NCBI GenBank assembly: GCA_016868875.1
Contig: VGFN01000003.1
Coordinates: 1-38,703 of the forward strand
Direction of reading: 5' to 3'
Length of the DNA stretch: 38,703 bases
Source: Bacteroidota bacterium
Lineage (GTDB): Bacteria > Bacteroidota > Bacteroidia > UBA7662
Made by a program: the position numbers and the translations under genes. Below are positions 9,407-17,697 of the stretch, in pieces (within the stretch, counting starts at the first letter, position 1; every line of letters begins with the position of its first letter). The notes under the pieces are model-generated. The model was not told the DNA's origin. It made no database searches and saw only the letters and a list, made by a program, of their open reading frames with translations.

Positions 9407-9934
9407 TTAGATTTTGTTTTTTGAGAACCTGGATGGGCTCATGCTTCGGGTCCATTGAATAAGGGACCATAAGATCCCCATCACCAATACTGTATTTACG
9501 CTTCCTTTTATCAGTGAAATTCCCAGGGAATTCCATCTTAGTGCCTCAAGTGAATAGGCCAAGGTTTGATGCATAAGCAGTAAAGTGCCGGCATAACTAA
9601 TTAGGGACCTAAATTCTAATTCTCTTAAATCAGGATCAGGAGTTTCTTGTAAGGTTACGGGTGAAACCGTGTACCGTATCCAAAAATTTTTAAAGTAAAT
9701 GGTCCATACCGAAGCCATGGCGTGAATTGCTCCGCTTTGAACAGAGCTATCAACCCACCAACCGATTCCAAATCCCAACAACATTAATATTGATCTATTC
9801 CATGTTGCGGGTAGCCATATAAGGGTTATAACATAAACCATCGGGTTGAAAAGGCCTAACCAATGAATGCGATTAAAAAGGCTACCTTGCAAAATAACCA
9901 AAATTATAAGAAGAAGCCAAGGGCGTTGATTCAT
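9407..9934 (-). CDS. mreD: Rod shape-determining protein MreD (start moved to ATG 9934)
   Basis: Hydrophobic; LQGSLFNRI..G..NPMVY, G.G..D....GAIHAMA. Lies between mreC and mrdA; the later start avoids overlap with mreC. Confidence 0.8.
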   Translation of the reverse strand: MNQRPWLLLIILVILQGSLFNRIHWLGLFNPMVYVITLIWLPATWNRSILMLLGFGIGWWVDSSVQSGAIHAMASVWTIYFKNFWIRYTVSPVTLQETPDPDLRELEFRSLISYAGTLLLMHQTLAYSLEALRWNSLGISLIKGSVNTVLVMGILWSLIQWTRSMSPSRFSKNKI

Positions 9935-9950
9935 GTTATATTCTTGGTTT

Positions 9951-10832
9951 CTAATTGGTATTGGGGAGTATTTCTTCGCGCTCGCTTTGCAATGCAATTC
10001 TTATCACTTGCACGTGATCCAGACGCTTGTAATCCGCCGTCAAAAAGACCCGAATTTTGTAGGTGACTGCACCTGGATTAATTTCAATACGATCAATTCT
10101 CCCCAAGCGTAGCCCAGGAGGATAGACAGAGGAATAGGAACTACTTACTAAGGTATCGCCGATTTTAATGGGTATATGAATTGGGAAGTCAATGAGTTCA
10201 GCATACCGGGTTGACTTACCATCCCATGCTAATATTCCAACGGTTTGTGATTTGGGGTGTAAGGCACTAATTCGAATTTTGGTATTAATGAGTGGAACAA
10301 CTCTTGCAAAATGTTTTGAAACCGCTTGGACCTGCCCTATAATTTTGTCTTCTTGTATGACGGCCATTCTTGGTTGTATTCCATTCAAAGATCCCCTGTC
10401 AAGAAGCATGAAATTGTTTTGGCCTGCTTCACCACAAAAAATCACCCTTGCTGGGCTAATAAAATCTATTTTTACACTAGTGTTTGGCCATGGATTGACG
10501 GAAGAACCTTGGCCCAAAGCGGCTCTGCTATTTTTTGAATGCGCTGAGTCGGTGTGAGTAAAACTATTTAAGCGGAGGGAATCGCCACCTAATTGCCTTT
10601 TTAATAGAGCAATTTCGTTGTTTAGTCTTTGGTTTTCTTCATCCAAGCCCATAAACCGGGTGAGTTTTTTTATTTTCTTTTGGTAATGCCCGGCTGTTTC
10701 AATTTGGAGCTGAGTAAATCTACTGTTATGGTATTCGACATTGGACAGGGTAATCCAGGCTCCTAAAGATTCAAGGAGAATGAGTAACCCAAGAAATCTG
10801 TATTTGAACAGCCAAATTGCCAGTCCACCCAT
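9951..10832 (-). CDS. mreC: Rod shape-determining protein MreC
   Basis: N-terminal TM helix, coiled coil LDEENQRLNNE, LLDRGSLNGIQPRMAVI, IKIGDTLVSSSYSSVYPPG. Directly downstream of mreB. Confidence 0.9.
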   Translation of the reverse strand: MGGLAIWLFKYRFLGLLILLESLGAWITLSNVEYHNSRFTQLQIETAGHYQKKIKKLTRFMGLDEENQRLNNEIALLKRQLGGDSLRLNSFTHTDSAHSKNSRAALGQGSSVNPWPNTSVKIDFISPARVIFCGEAGQNNFMLLDRGSLNGIQPRMAVIQEDKIIGQVQAVSKHFARVVPLINTKIRISALHPKSQTVGILAWDGKSTRYAELIDFPIHIPIKIGDTLVSSSYSSVYPPGLRLGRIDRIEINPGAVTYKIRVFLTADYKRLDHVQVIRIALQSEREEILPNTN

Positions 10833-10839
10833 TTTTATG

Positions 10840-11862
10840 TCAGGTCATCAGGAATTGGAAACGATGGATATTCTTGAGGGAAATTCCAGTACCCCGAACG
10901 ACGGCACGCAGGGGATCCTCAGCGACAATAACTTTTAGTTTGGTTTTGGCACTAATTCTTTTGTCCAACCCACGAATCAAGGCCCCACCTCCTGTGAGGT
11001 AAATCCCGGTCTCATGGATATCGGATGCAAGTTCAGGTGGAGTGATTTCCAATGCTTTGAGGATAGCGCCTTCCACTTTGGAAATGGACTTATCCAGTGC
11101 AGTCGCGATTTCGGAATAGGTCAAGGTGATTTCCCGTGGAATACCGGTCATCAAATCTCGTCCACTCACGGGCATGGGGGGTGGTGGATCTTCCAAGGTG
11201 GTTAAGGCCGAACCAATATTGATTTTGATTAATTCCGCGGTTCGCTCACCAACCAACATGTTGTGTTGACGACGGACATACTCCAGGACGTCGGCGGTGA
11301 ATTGGTCACCTGCAACACGAATGGATTCATCGCAAACGATTCCTGCCAAGGCAATCACGGCAATCTCCGAGGTACCGCCACCGATATCGATGATCATGTT
11401 CCCTTTGGGTTCTTCAACATCAATGCCGATACCAATCGCGGCCGCCATAGGCTCATGAATGAGGTAAACTTCTTTGGCGCCGGCATGCTCAGCGGAATCC
11501 CGCACCGCGCGCTTTTCGACTTCCGTGATGCCAGAGGGAATGCACACAACCATGCGCAATGAGGGGGCAAAGAATCTCTTGGTAGGATTGATCATGGCAA
11601 TCATCCCTCGAATCATATGTTCAGCGGCATGAAAGTCAGCTATGACTCCGTCTCTAAGGGGACGAATGGTCTTGATGTTCTCGTGGGTTTTGCCATGCAT
11701 CTGCTGGGCCTTCTTACCGATTGCAATGACTTTGCCGGTATTTCGATCCATGGCAACGATGGACGGTTCATCCACAACGATGGTGTCCCGATGGATAATC
11801 AGGGTATTGGCGGTGCCAAGGTCAATGGCAATTTCTTGGGTAAATAAATCAAAGAGTCCCAT
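10840..11862 (-). CDS. mreB: Actin-like rod shape-determining protein MreB
   Basis: IAIDLGTANT, RPLRDGVIADF, EPMAAAIG, DIGGGTSEIA, LTGGGAL. Confidence 0.98.
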   Translation of the reverse strand: MGLFDLFTQEIAIDLGTANTLIIHRDTIVVDEPSIVAMDRNTGKVIAIGKKAQQMHGKTHENIKTIRPLRDGVIADFHAAEHMIRGMIAMINPTKRFFAPSLRMVVCIPSGITEVEKRAVRDSAEHAGAKEVYLIHEPMAAAIGIGIDVEEPKGNMIIDIGGGTSEIAVIALAGIVCDESIRVAGDQFTADVLEYVRRQHNMLVGERTAELIKINIGSALTTLEDPPPPMPVSGRDLMTGIPREITLTYSEIATALDKSISKVEGAILKALEITPPELASDIHETGIYLTGGGALIRGLDKRISAKTKLKVIVAEDPLRAVVRGTGISLKNIHRFQFLMT

Positions 11863-11997
11863 GCAAGTCTATAGGTGAACGTTAAAAGAATAAGAAAGCG
11901 AAACTAAAGGTAAAAGCGCGATTAAAGATTTTTTTTGAAAAATGGCAAGCTAGGGGGGCCTTCTTAGGGCAGAGGAGACCAAACTCACTTGAGCGGA

Positions 11998-13518
11998 CTA
12001 ATGCTTGAAATGTCTAACCCCTGTCATGACCATGCACATGTCGTTTCGATCGCAGAAATCGATGCTGTCCTGATCCTTAACAGAGCCTCCAGGTTGGATG
12101 ACGGCACGGATACCCTCTTGCCAGGCCACTTCGACGCTGTCCGCAAAGGGAAAGAAGGCGTCGCTGGCCATAATGGCCCCTTGGACATCGAAGTCAAAGG
12201 TTCTGGCCTTGTGAGCGGCCTGCCTCATAGCGTCAATTCTGGAAGTTTGGCCTGTTCCGGACCCAATGAGTTGACGATTCTTGACCAGCACGATGGCATT
12301 GCTACGGGTATGCTTCACCACCTTGACCGCAAATTCCATATCGGCTTTTTCGGCTGCGTTGGGTTGTTTGGCGGTGACGACTTTGAATTGATCCGAGGAT
12401 TCGGTGGAACGGTCCGGGCTCTGAACCAGGTATCCGCCAAGGGCCGACCGAACCTGCACGGAAGAAGGAATGGGCTTTATTTGTTGCAAGAGTATGCGGT
12501 TCTTTTTGCGAGTCAGTAAATCGATGGCTTCGGTACTGAAGGAGGGAGCGATGAGTACTTCGTAAAATATTCCGTCGATTTCTTTGGCACAATCAAGGTC
12601 AAGAGGCCTGTTAGCAGCCAAGATGCCCCCAAAGGCTGAAACGGGATCCCCCGCGAGGGCGTCTTTCCAAGCCTCCAGCATGGTATCACGGCTTGCAAGC
12701 CCGCAGGCGTTGTTGTGTTTCACGATGACCAAGGTGGGCTCCTCAAATTCAGCCAAGAGGGATAAGGCGGAATCCACATCAAGTAAATTGTTGTAGCTCA
12801 GGGCTTTGCCAGAAAGCACCTTAAAGCAATCGTGCAATGGCCCATAGAAATTCCCTTGCTGATGGGGGTTCTCTCCGTAGCGAAGTCCATGGCCTTGATC
12901 CGATGCGATGCGCAGGCTCGTTGTATCGGTTTGGGGTTTCAGGTACTCATAAATCAGGGTATCGTACCGGGAAGTCATCGCAAAAGCTTCTGCAGCGTAT
13001 CGAAGACGGTCTTCAGGATTGGTTCCACCGGCAAGGATTTGTTGCCTCAGACGATCGTATTGATTGGATGAGGAGAGGACCGTGCATTGCTGATGGTTTT
13101 TGGCGGCGGCTCGTAAAAGGCTGACTCCGCCGATATCAATTTTCTCGATGAGTTCTTGATGGGTACCGCCGGCGCGCAATGTATCCTCAAAGGGGTACAG
13201 ATCCACAATGACCAGGTCTATTGGGGGAATCTCATAGCCGGCCAGCTCGTTAAGGTCCTCAATTTGATGATTTCGATGCAAAATCCCCCCAAAAATCTTG
13301 GGATGAAGGGTTTTGACACGGCCTCCCAGGATTGAGGGATAACCGGTCAGGTCTTCCACCTTACGGGGCTGACAACCAAGATTTTGAAGAAAGTCCCAGG
13401 TGCCCCCGGTGGACCAGATTTCTACCCCGGATTCAAAGAGGGTTTTGGCCAAGGGCTCGAGACCCTCTTTGGAATATACAGAAACTAAAGCTGTGCGGAC
13501 CGGACTTAGATCGGACAT
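11998..13518 (-). CDS. purH: Bifunctional AICAR transformylase/IMP cyclohydrolase
   Basis: GGRVKTLHP, IDIGG, LRYGENPHQ, LSYNNLLD, KHNNACG, ASDAFFPF, ends RHFKH. Confidence 0.98.
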   Translation of the reverse strand: MSDLSPVRTALVSVYSKEGLEPLAKTLFESGVEIWSTGGTWDFLQNLGCQPRKVEDLTGYPSILGGRVKTLHPKIFGGILHRNHQIEDLNELAGYEIPPIDLVIVDLYPFEDTLRAGGTHQELIEKIDIGGVSLLRAAAKNHQQCTVLSSSNQYDRLRQQILAGGTNPEDRLRYAAEAFAMTSRYDTLIYEYLKPQTDTTSLRIASDQGHGLRYGENPHQQGNFYGPLHDCFKVLSGKALSYNNLLDVDSALSLLAEFEEPTLVIVKHNNACGLASRDTMLEAWKDALAGDPVSAFGGILAANRPLDLDCAKEIDGIFYEVLIAPSFSTEAIDLLTRKKNRILLQQIKPIPSSVQVRSALGGYLVQSPDRSTESSDQFKVVTAKQPNAAEKADMEFAVKVVKHTRSNAIVLVKNRQLIGSGTGQTSRIDAMRQAAHKARTFDFDVQGAIMASDAFFPFADSVEVAWQEGIRAVIQPGGSVKDQDSIDFCDRNDMCMVMTGVRHFKH

Positions 13519-13601
13519 GGGCGAATTTCAAAAAAAACGATGGATTGGTACGAACCTGGTCGGCTCCGAAGAGCTTCGAGATTCGAGGTATGGAGCATGT
13601 T

Positions 13602-13633
13602 CAAAACTAAAATTCAGCCCCCTTGTTCACCAA
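13602..13633 (-). promoter_or_regulatory. Putative purH promoter
   Basis: Minus strand: TTG (13633-13631), 21 nt, TAGTTTTG (13609-13602). Confidence 0.5.
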
Positions 13634-13680
13634 GGTCGAACCACTCAAATTATGAACAATCCTGTCAACGCTAGGGGGGA

Positions 13681-13708
13681 TTGACTTGGTCAAATTTGAC
13701 CCCGTCAA
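13681..13708. repeat. 28-bp imperfect palindrome made of two TTGAC-N3-GTCAA units
   Basis: TTGACTTGGTCAAATTTGACCCCGTCAA, with a perfect 14-bp core GGTCAAATTTGACC. Confidence 0.8.
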
Positions 13709-13720
13709 CCATCGACAAAC

Positions 13721-15559
13721 TTAGCGACCGGCGTTGTGGAGATTACGGTCAATAAAGGCAGTTAATTCTGCACCTTGGAGCATACCCTGAGAGAGCAAGG
13801 CCAGATCGATGAGTTGTTGACCTAGGGCCTGTCTTGGCTCTGTTTCTTGGGTTTCTACCAACTTCTGCACCAGGGGATGCGATGTGTTGACCACCATATC
13901 AATGGTTTCCTTCATAGGTCCCCCGAAGAAAGGAGAACCTCCGCCCGTAGCAGCCATCTCGTTCATTCGACGCATGAACTCGGAACGGGTGAGGGTGATC
14001 GGTGGATCATCGGCGGACATGGCCTCCGCCTTGACTTTGAATTCCTCTTTGGCCTTGACCCATTCACTTACCCATTCTACCGCAAGTTTTTCCTGTTCTT
14101 CGTTAAGCAAGGAAGTCTTGGACTCCCCTTTGTCCACCAATTTGTCCAAGGTATCGGAATCAATTCGCTTGAAGGTGGTTTTGTCAAGCTTGCTTTCCAA
14201 AGCCCCAATGAAATGAGCGTCTATAACACTGCCCATTTGGAGAACGGTCAAGCCACGCTTGCGGGCTCCTTCAATCAAATGATGCTGAGCACTGGCTTGA
14301 TTGGTGTACAAGACCACCAATTGCCCGTCTTTGTTGCGATGATTCGCTTCCAAAAGGGCTGCGGTATCCTCCCATGTACTAAGCTTCTGATCGGCATCTT
14401 TGTACAAACAAAACCCCTTGGCACGGTCATAGAATTTCTCGTCCGAAATCATCCCGTACTTCACAAAGAGTTCAAGTTGATCCCATTTTTCCCTGAAAGA
14501 ATCCTCTTGGTTTTTGGCGATATCCGCTAATTTATCCGCTACTTTTTTGGAGATGTGTGCGTTGATTTTCTTGACGTTGGAATCCGTTTGAAGAAAAGAT
14601 CTGGAAACATTGAGCGGTATATCCGGGGAGTCAATGACCCCATGAAGCAGACGTAAATAATCCGGGACCACTTCTTCGACGGAATCGGTGATAAACACCT
14701 GACGGCTAAAGAGTTGTATTTTATTTTTGGCCGGTTCAAAATCCGCTTTCAATTTGGGGAAGTACAGAATTCCTGTCAAATTGAAGGGATAATCCACATT
14801 CAGATGAATCCAAAACAATGGCTTTTCGGCCATGGGGTACAAATCGTTGTAGAAATTCTGGTAATCTTCATCCTGGAGATCGGCCGGCTTGCGGGTCCAA
14901 AGAGGGCTGGTCGCGTTGATATGCTCCTCCCCGAACATCACTTTGACAGGCAAGAATTTCCCGTATTTACGCAGTATTTCTTTGAGCCTCCATTCATCCA
15001 GATATTCCGAGGCATCTTCTGCAACATGGAGCACGATATCGGTACCTCGTTCGCTTCGCTCCCCAAGGCCAATTTCGTATTCGGTGGAACCATCGCAGGA
15101 CCAGCGAGCAGAATTGGAACCCTGTTGGTAACTCAAGGTGTGGATGTCAACCCTGTCGGCCACCATAAACGCGGAATAAAATCCTAATCCAAAGGCGCCG
15201 ATAATTTGGTTGAGGTCGGACTTGTCTTTGTATTTTTCGATAAACTCGGTGGCTCCCGAAAATGCAACCTGGGTGATGTATTTCTCAATCTCTTCTTCCG
15301 ACAGGCCCAAGCCGTTATCGGAGATGGTGATGGTTTTGGCTTCCTTGTCCAAACGCACCTGGACTTGCATTTCTCCAATTTCGCCTTGGACTTCTCCCAT
15401 GGCGGCTAGGGCAGCAAGCTTCTGGCAGGCATCAACCCCGTTACTGACTAATTCTCTCAAGAAAATTTCTTGATTGGAATACAGCGATTTTTTGATTAGG
15501 GGAAAAATGTTCTCGGTGTTGACCGATATATTTCCTTTTTTGGTGGAGGTTTGGGTCAT
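13721..15559 (-). CDS. htpG: Hsp90 chaperone HtpG
   Basis: EIFLRELVSN, ISDNGLG, IIGAFGLGFYSAFMVA, RGTDIVL, GVIDSPDIPLNVSRS. Confidence 0.97.
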   Translation of the reverse strand: MTQTSTKKGNISVNTENIFPLIKKSLYSNQEIFLRELVSNGVDACQKLAALAAMGEVQGEIGEMQVQVRLDKEAKTITISDNGLGLSEEEIEKYITQVAFSGATEFIEKYKDKSDLNQIIGAFGLGFYSAFMVADRVDIHTLSYQQGSNSARWSCDGSTEYEIGLGERSERGTDIVLHVAEDASEYLDEWRLKEILRKYGKFLPVKVMFGEEHINATSPLWTRKPADLQDEDYQNFYNDLYPMAEKPLFWIHLNVDYPFNLTGILYFPKLKADFEPAKNKIQLFSRQVFITDSVEEVVPDYLRLLHGVIDSPDIPLNVSRSFLQTDSNVKKINAHISKKVADKLADIAKNQEDSFREKWDQLELFVKYGMISDEKFYDRAKGFCLYKDADQKLSTWEDTAALLEANHRNKDGQLVVLYTNQASAQHHLIEGARKRGLTVLQMGSVIDAHFIGALESKLDKTTFKRIDSDTLDKLVDKGESKTSLLNEEQEKLAVEWVSEWVKAKEEFKVKAEAMSADDPPITLTRSEFMRRMNEMAATGGGSPFFGGPMKETIDMVVNTSHPLVQKLVETQETEPRQALGQQLIDLALLSQGMLQGAELTAFIDRNLHNAGR

Positions 15560-15583
15560 GGGTTAAGATTTTGTCCAAAGGCA

Positions 15584-15600
15584 TTCAAACCTTGTGCCAA
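15584..15600 (-). promoter_or_regulatory. sigma54-like -24/-12 element upstream of htpG
   Basis: Minus strand TTGGCACAAGGTTTGAA versus consensus TGGCAC-N5-TTGC (GG-N10-GA instead of GC), about 25 nt before the ATG. Confidence 0.45.
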
Positions 15601-15686
15601 AGCAGTGGGGAGACCTAAAGGTGTCAATTTGTCCGATTCTTGGCAGTTTTTGGTGTTTTGAGAAGAATTGTTCGCAGTTTTGTGTC

Positions 15687-16901
15687 ATGGAAGATGTATT
15701 CATATTGGACGCCCTACGGACTCCCATAGGGAAATACGCCGGGGCATTGTCCGGCTTAAGGCCCGATGACATGGCCGCTCATTTGGTAAGATGCATGATG
15801 GAGCGCCATCCCGAAGTGGATTCGCAACATTTGGAAGAACTCGTTCTCGGAGCCGCCAACCAGGCAGGTGAGGATAATCGCAACGTGGCGCGAATGAGTG
15901 CTCTGTTGGCCGGTTTGCCGACCTCTGTGGCCGGTGTGACGGTCAACCGATTGTGCGCCAGCGGTCTGCAAGCCATTATGGATGCAAGCAGAGCATTGGC
16001 CATGGGGCATGGCGATTTTTATTTGGCAGGAGGGGTGGAAAGCATGAGCCGTGCCCCTTGGGTTATGGCCAAGTCGGAACAGCCCTTTGGACGGCAACCG
16101 GAGATCCACGACACCACGCTGGGATGGAGGTTCACCAATCCGCGTTGGGAGGGGCTGCATCACCCCTACAGCATGGGTGAAACGGCCGAAAATGTGGCAG
16201 AGAAGTACCAAATTTGCCGCGTGGATCAGGATGACTTTGCTCAATCATCGCAGGAGAAGTATGCAGCGGCTCAAGCGGTCGGCGCTTTTGACCGCGAGCG
16301 AATACCGACCCCAATCCAAGACGCCAAGGGCCAAACCCAGTGGGTAGCCCAAGACGAGCATCCTCGTTTGGGGGACAGGGCCAAACTTAGCCTATTGAAA
16401 CCGGTGTTCAGGGAGGGAGGAACGGTGACCGCCGGTAACTCTTCCGGGATTAACGATGGTGCGGCCTTGTTGCTGTTGGCAAGCGCATCGGCTGTCAAGC
16501 GTCATCAACTTGAACCCATTGGCCGTGTGGTCTCCATGGCGGTGGCAGGAGTTGACCCGGCGTTTATGGGCATAGGTCCGGTACCGGCAGTCCGCAAAGC
16601 CTTGAACCGAGCAGGCCTCCAAGCCAAAGACCTGGGCCTGATTGAATTGAACGAGGCCTTTGCATCGCAGGCCTTGGCCTGTCAACGTGAATTGGATTTG
16701 CCCCTGGAGGATATCAATGTTCACGGCGGAGCCATTGCCCTGGGTCATCCCTTGGGGTGCTCAGGGGCACGAATCACCACAACCCTGTTGCATGCCCTGC
16801 ACCGATACCCCGGCAAAAAAGCCTACGGCCTGGCCACCATGTGCGTTGGGGTGGGTCAGGGGGCGGCTCTGGTGGTGGAAGCCCTAAGAAGGTCTTCATG
16901 A
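15687..16901 (+). CDS. Acetyl-CoA C-acyltransferase (thiolase), PcaF/PaaJ-like; start moved to ATG 15687
   Basis: [50 protein letters not shown]. Confidence 0.92.
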   Translation: MEDVFILDALRTPIGKYAGALSGLRPDDMAAHLVRCMMERHPEVDSQHLEELVLGAANQAGEDNRNVARMSALLAGLPTSVAGVTVNRLCASGLQAIMDASRALAMGHGDFYLAGGVESMSRAPWVMAKSEQPFGRQPEIHDTTLGWRFTNPRWEGLHHPYSMGETAENVAEKYQICRVDQDDFAQSSQEKYAAAQAVGAFDRERIPTPIQDAKGQTQWVAQDEHPRLGDRAKLSLLKPVFREGGTVTAGNSSGINDGAALLLLASASAVKRHQLEPIGRVVSMAVAGVDPAFMGIGPVPAVRKALNRAGLQAKDLGLIELNEAFASQALACQRELDLPLEDINVHGGAIALGHPLGCSGARITTTLLHALHRYPGKKAYGLATMCVGVGQGAALVVEALRRSS

Positions 16902-16920
16902 TGGCGATCGAAAGCAGGTC

Positions 16921-17697
16921 ATGAACCGTTATTTCATTCAATTGGCGTATGACGGTACGGCCTATCATGGTTGGCAAAGACAACCCAATGCCGTAACGGT
17001 TCAGGAGCTTATCGAAAATGCCTTAACTCAATATACAGGAAAACCCGTTTGGCTTACCGGTCAGGGCCGCACCGATACGGGGGTTCATGCATCGGAGTTT
17101 TTTGCGCATTGGGATTCAGAGGAAGATCTTCATACGTTGTTACGGGGCCCGGTGGAGGATGGGATTAGGGTTCTTAACCGGATGTTGCCCAACGATTTGG
17201 TGATACAGCGGGTCTTTCAAGTCCCTGAAACCGCCCATGCCCGCTTTTCAGCCTTGTTCAGAACCTATCATTACCGCGTTCATTGGGCCAAGGATCCGTT
17301 CCGAGCGCGTTATTCCTGGCAAATCCCAGCCTGCCCTGATTGGGATTCGGTCCTTAAGGCCGCTGCACTGCTGCCGGGCAACCGTGATTACGGCTGTTTC
17401 GCCAGAGCCGGTGGTGGGCAACAAAACGACATGTGCAACCTAACCCATGCGCAATGGAAATTGAATGCAGATCAATCCGCTGTTTTTGAAATCCGAGCCA
17501 ACCGCTTTCTGCGCAACATGGTCCGCGCGATTGTGGGCACGTTGATGGAAGTTGGACGAGGTTATCGATCCCATGATCAAATCAACGACCTTTTGAAGGA
17601 AGGAACCCGATCGGATGCCGGCACTTCGGCTCCTGCCCACGGGCTTTGTTTGGTGCATGTGGAGTATCCGGATGGTATCATTCAACCAAAACCATGA
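16921..17697 (+). CDS. truA: tRNA pseudouridine(38-40) synthase
   Basis: YDGTAYHGWQRQ, GRTDTGVHA, HARFSA, ANRFLRNMVRAIVG, APAHGL. Confidence 0.96.
   Translation: MNRYFIQLAYDGTAYHGWQRQPNAVTVQELIENALTQYTGKPVWLTGQGRTDTGVHASEFFAHWDSEEDLHTLLRGPVEDGIRVLNRMLPNDLVIQRVFQVPETAHARFSALFRTYHYRVHWAKDPFRARYSWQIPACPDWDSVLKAAALLPGNRDYGCFARAGGGQQNDMCNLTHAQWKLNADQSAVFEIRANRFLRNMVRAIVGTLMEVGRGYRSHDQINDLLKEGTRSDAGTSAPAHGLCLVHVEYPDGIIQPKP

Noticed and set aside
9342-9536. 64-aa ORF bridging mreD and mrdA
   Set aside because: Overlaps both genes out of frame and has no motif.
11989-12519. 176-aa ORF antisense to purH
   Set aside because: Fully opposite a conserved enzyme; a typical antisense shadow.
13519-13720. 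ZMP/ZTP riboswitch upstream of purH
   Set aside because: I could not find the conserved ZTP elements by eye. Kept only as a generic leader finding pending an Rfam scan.
13847-15473. Long plus-strand ORFs antisense to htpG (227 aa, 157 aa and others)
   Set aside because: Shadow frames of a codon-biased gene, with no recognisable motifs or start signals.
15560-15686. CIRCE/HrcA operator upstream of htpG
   Set aside because: No TTAGCACTC-N9-GAGTGCTAA on either strand.
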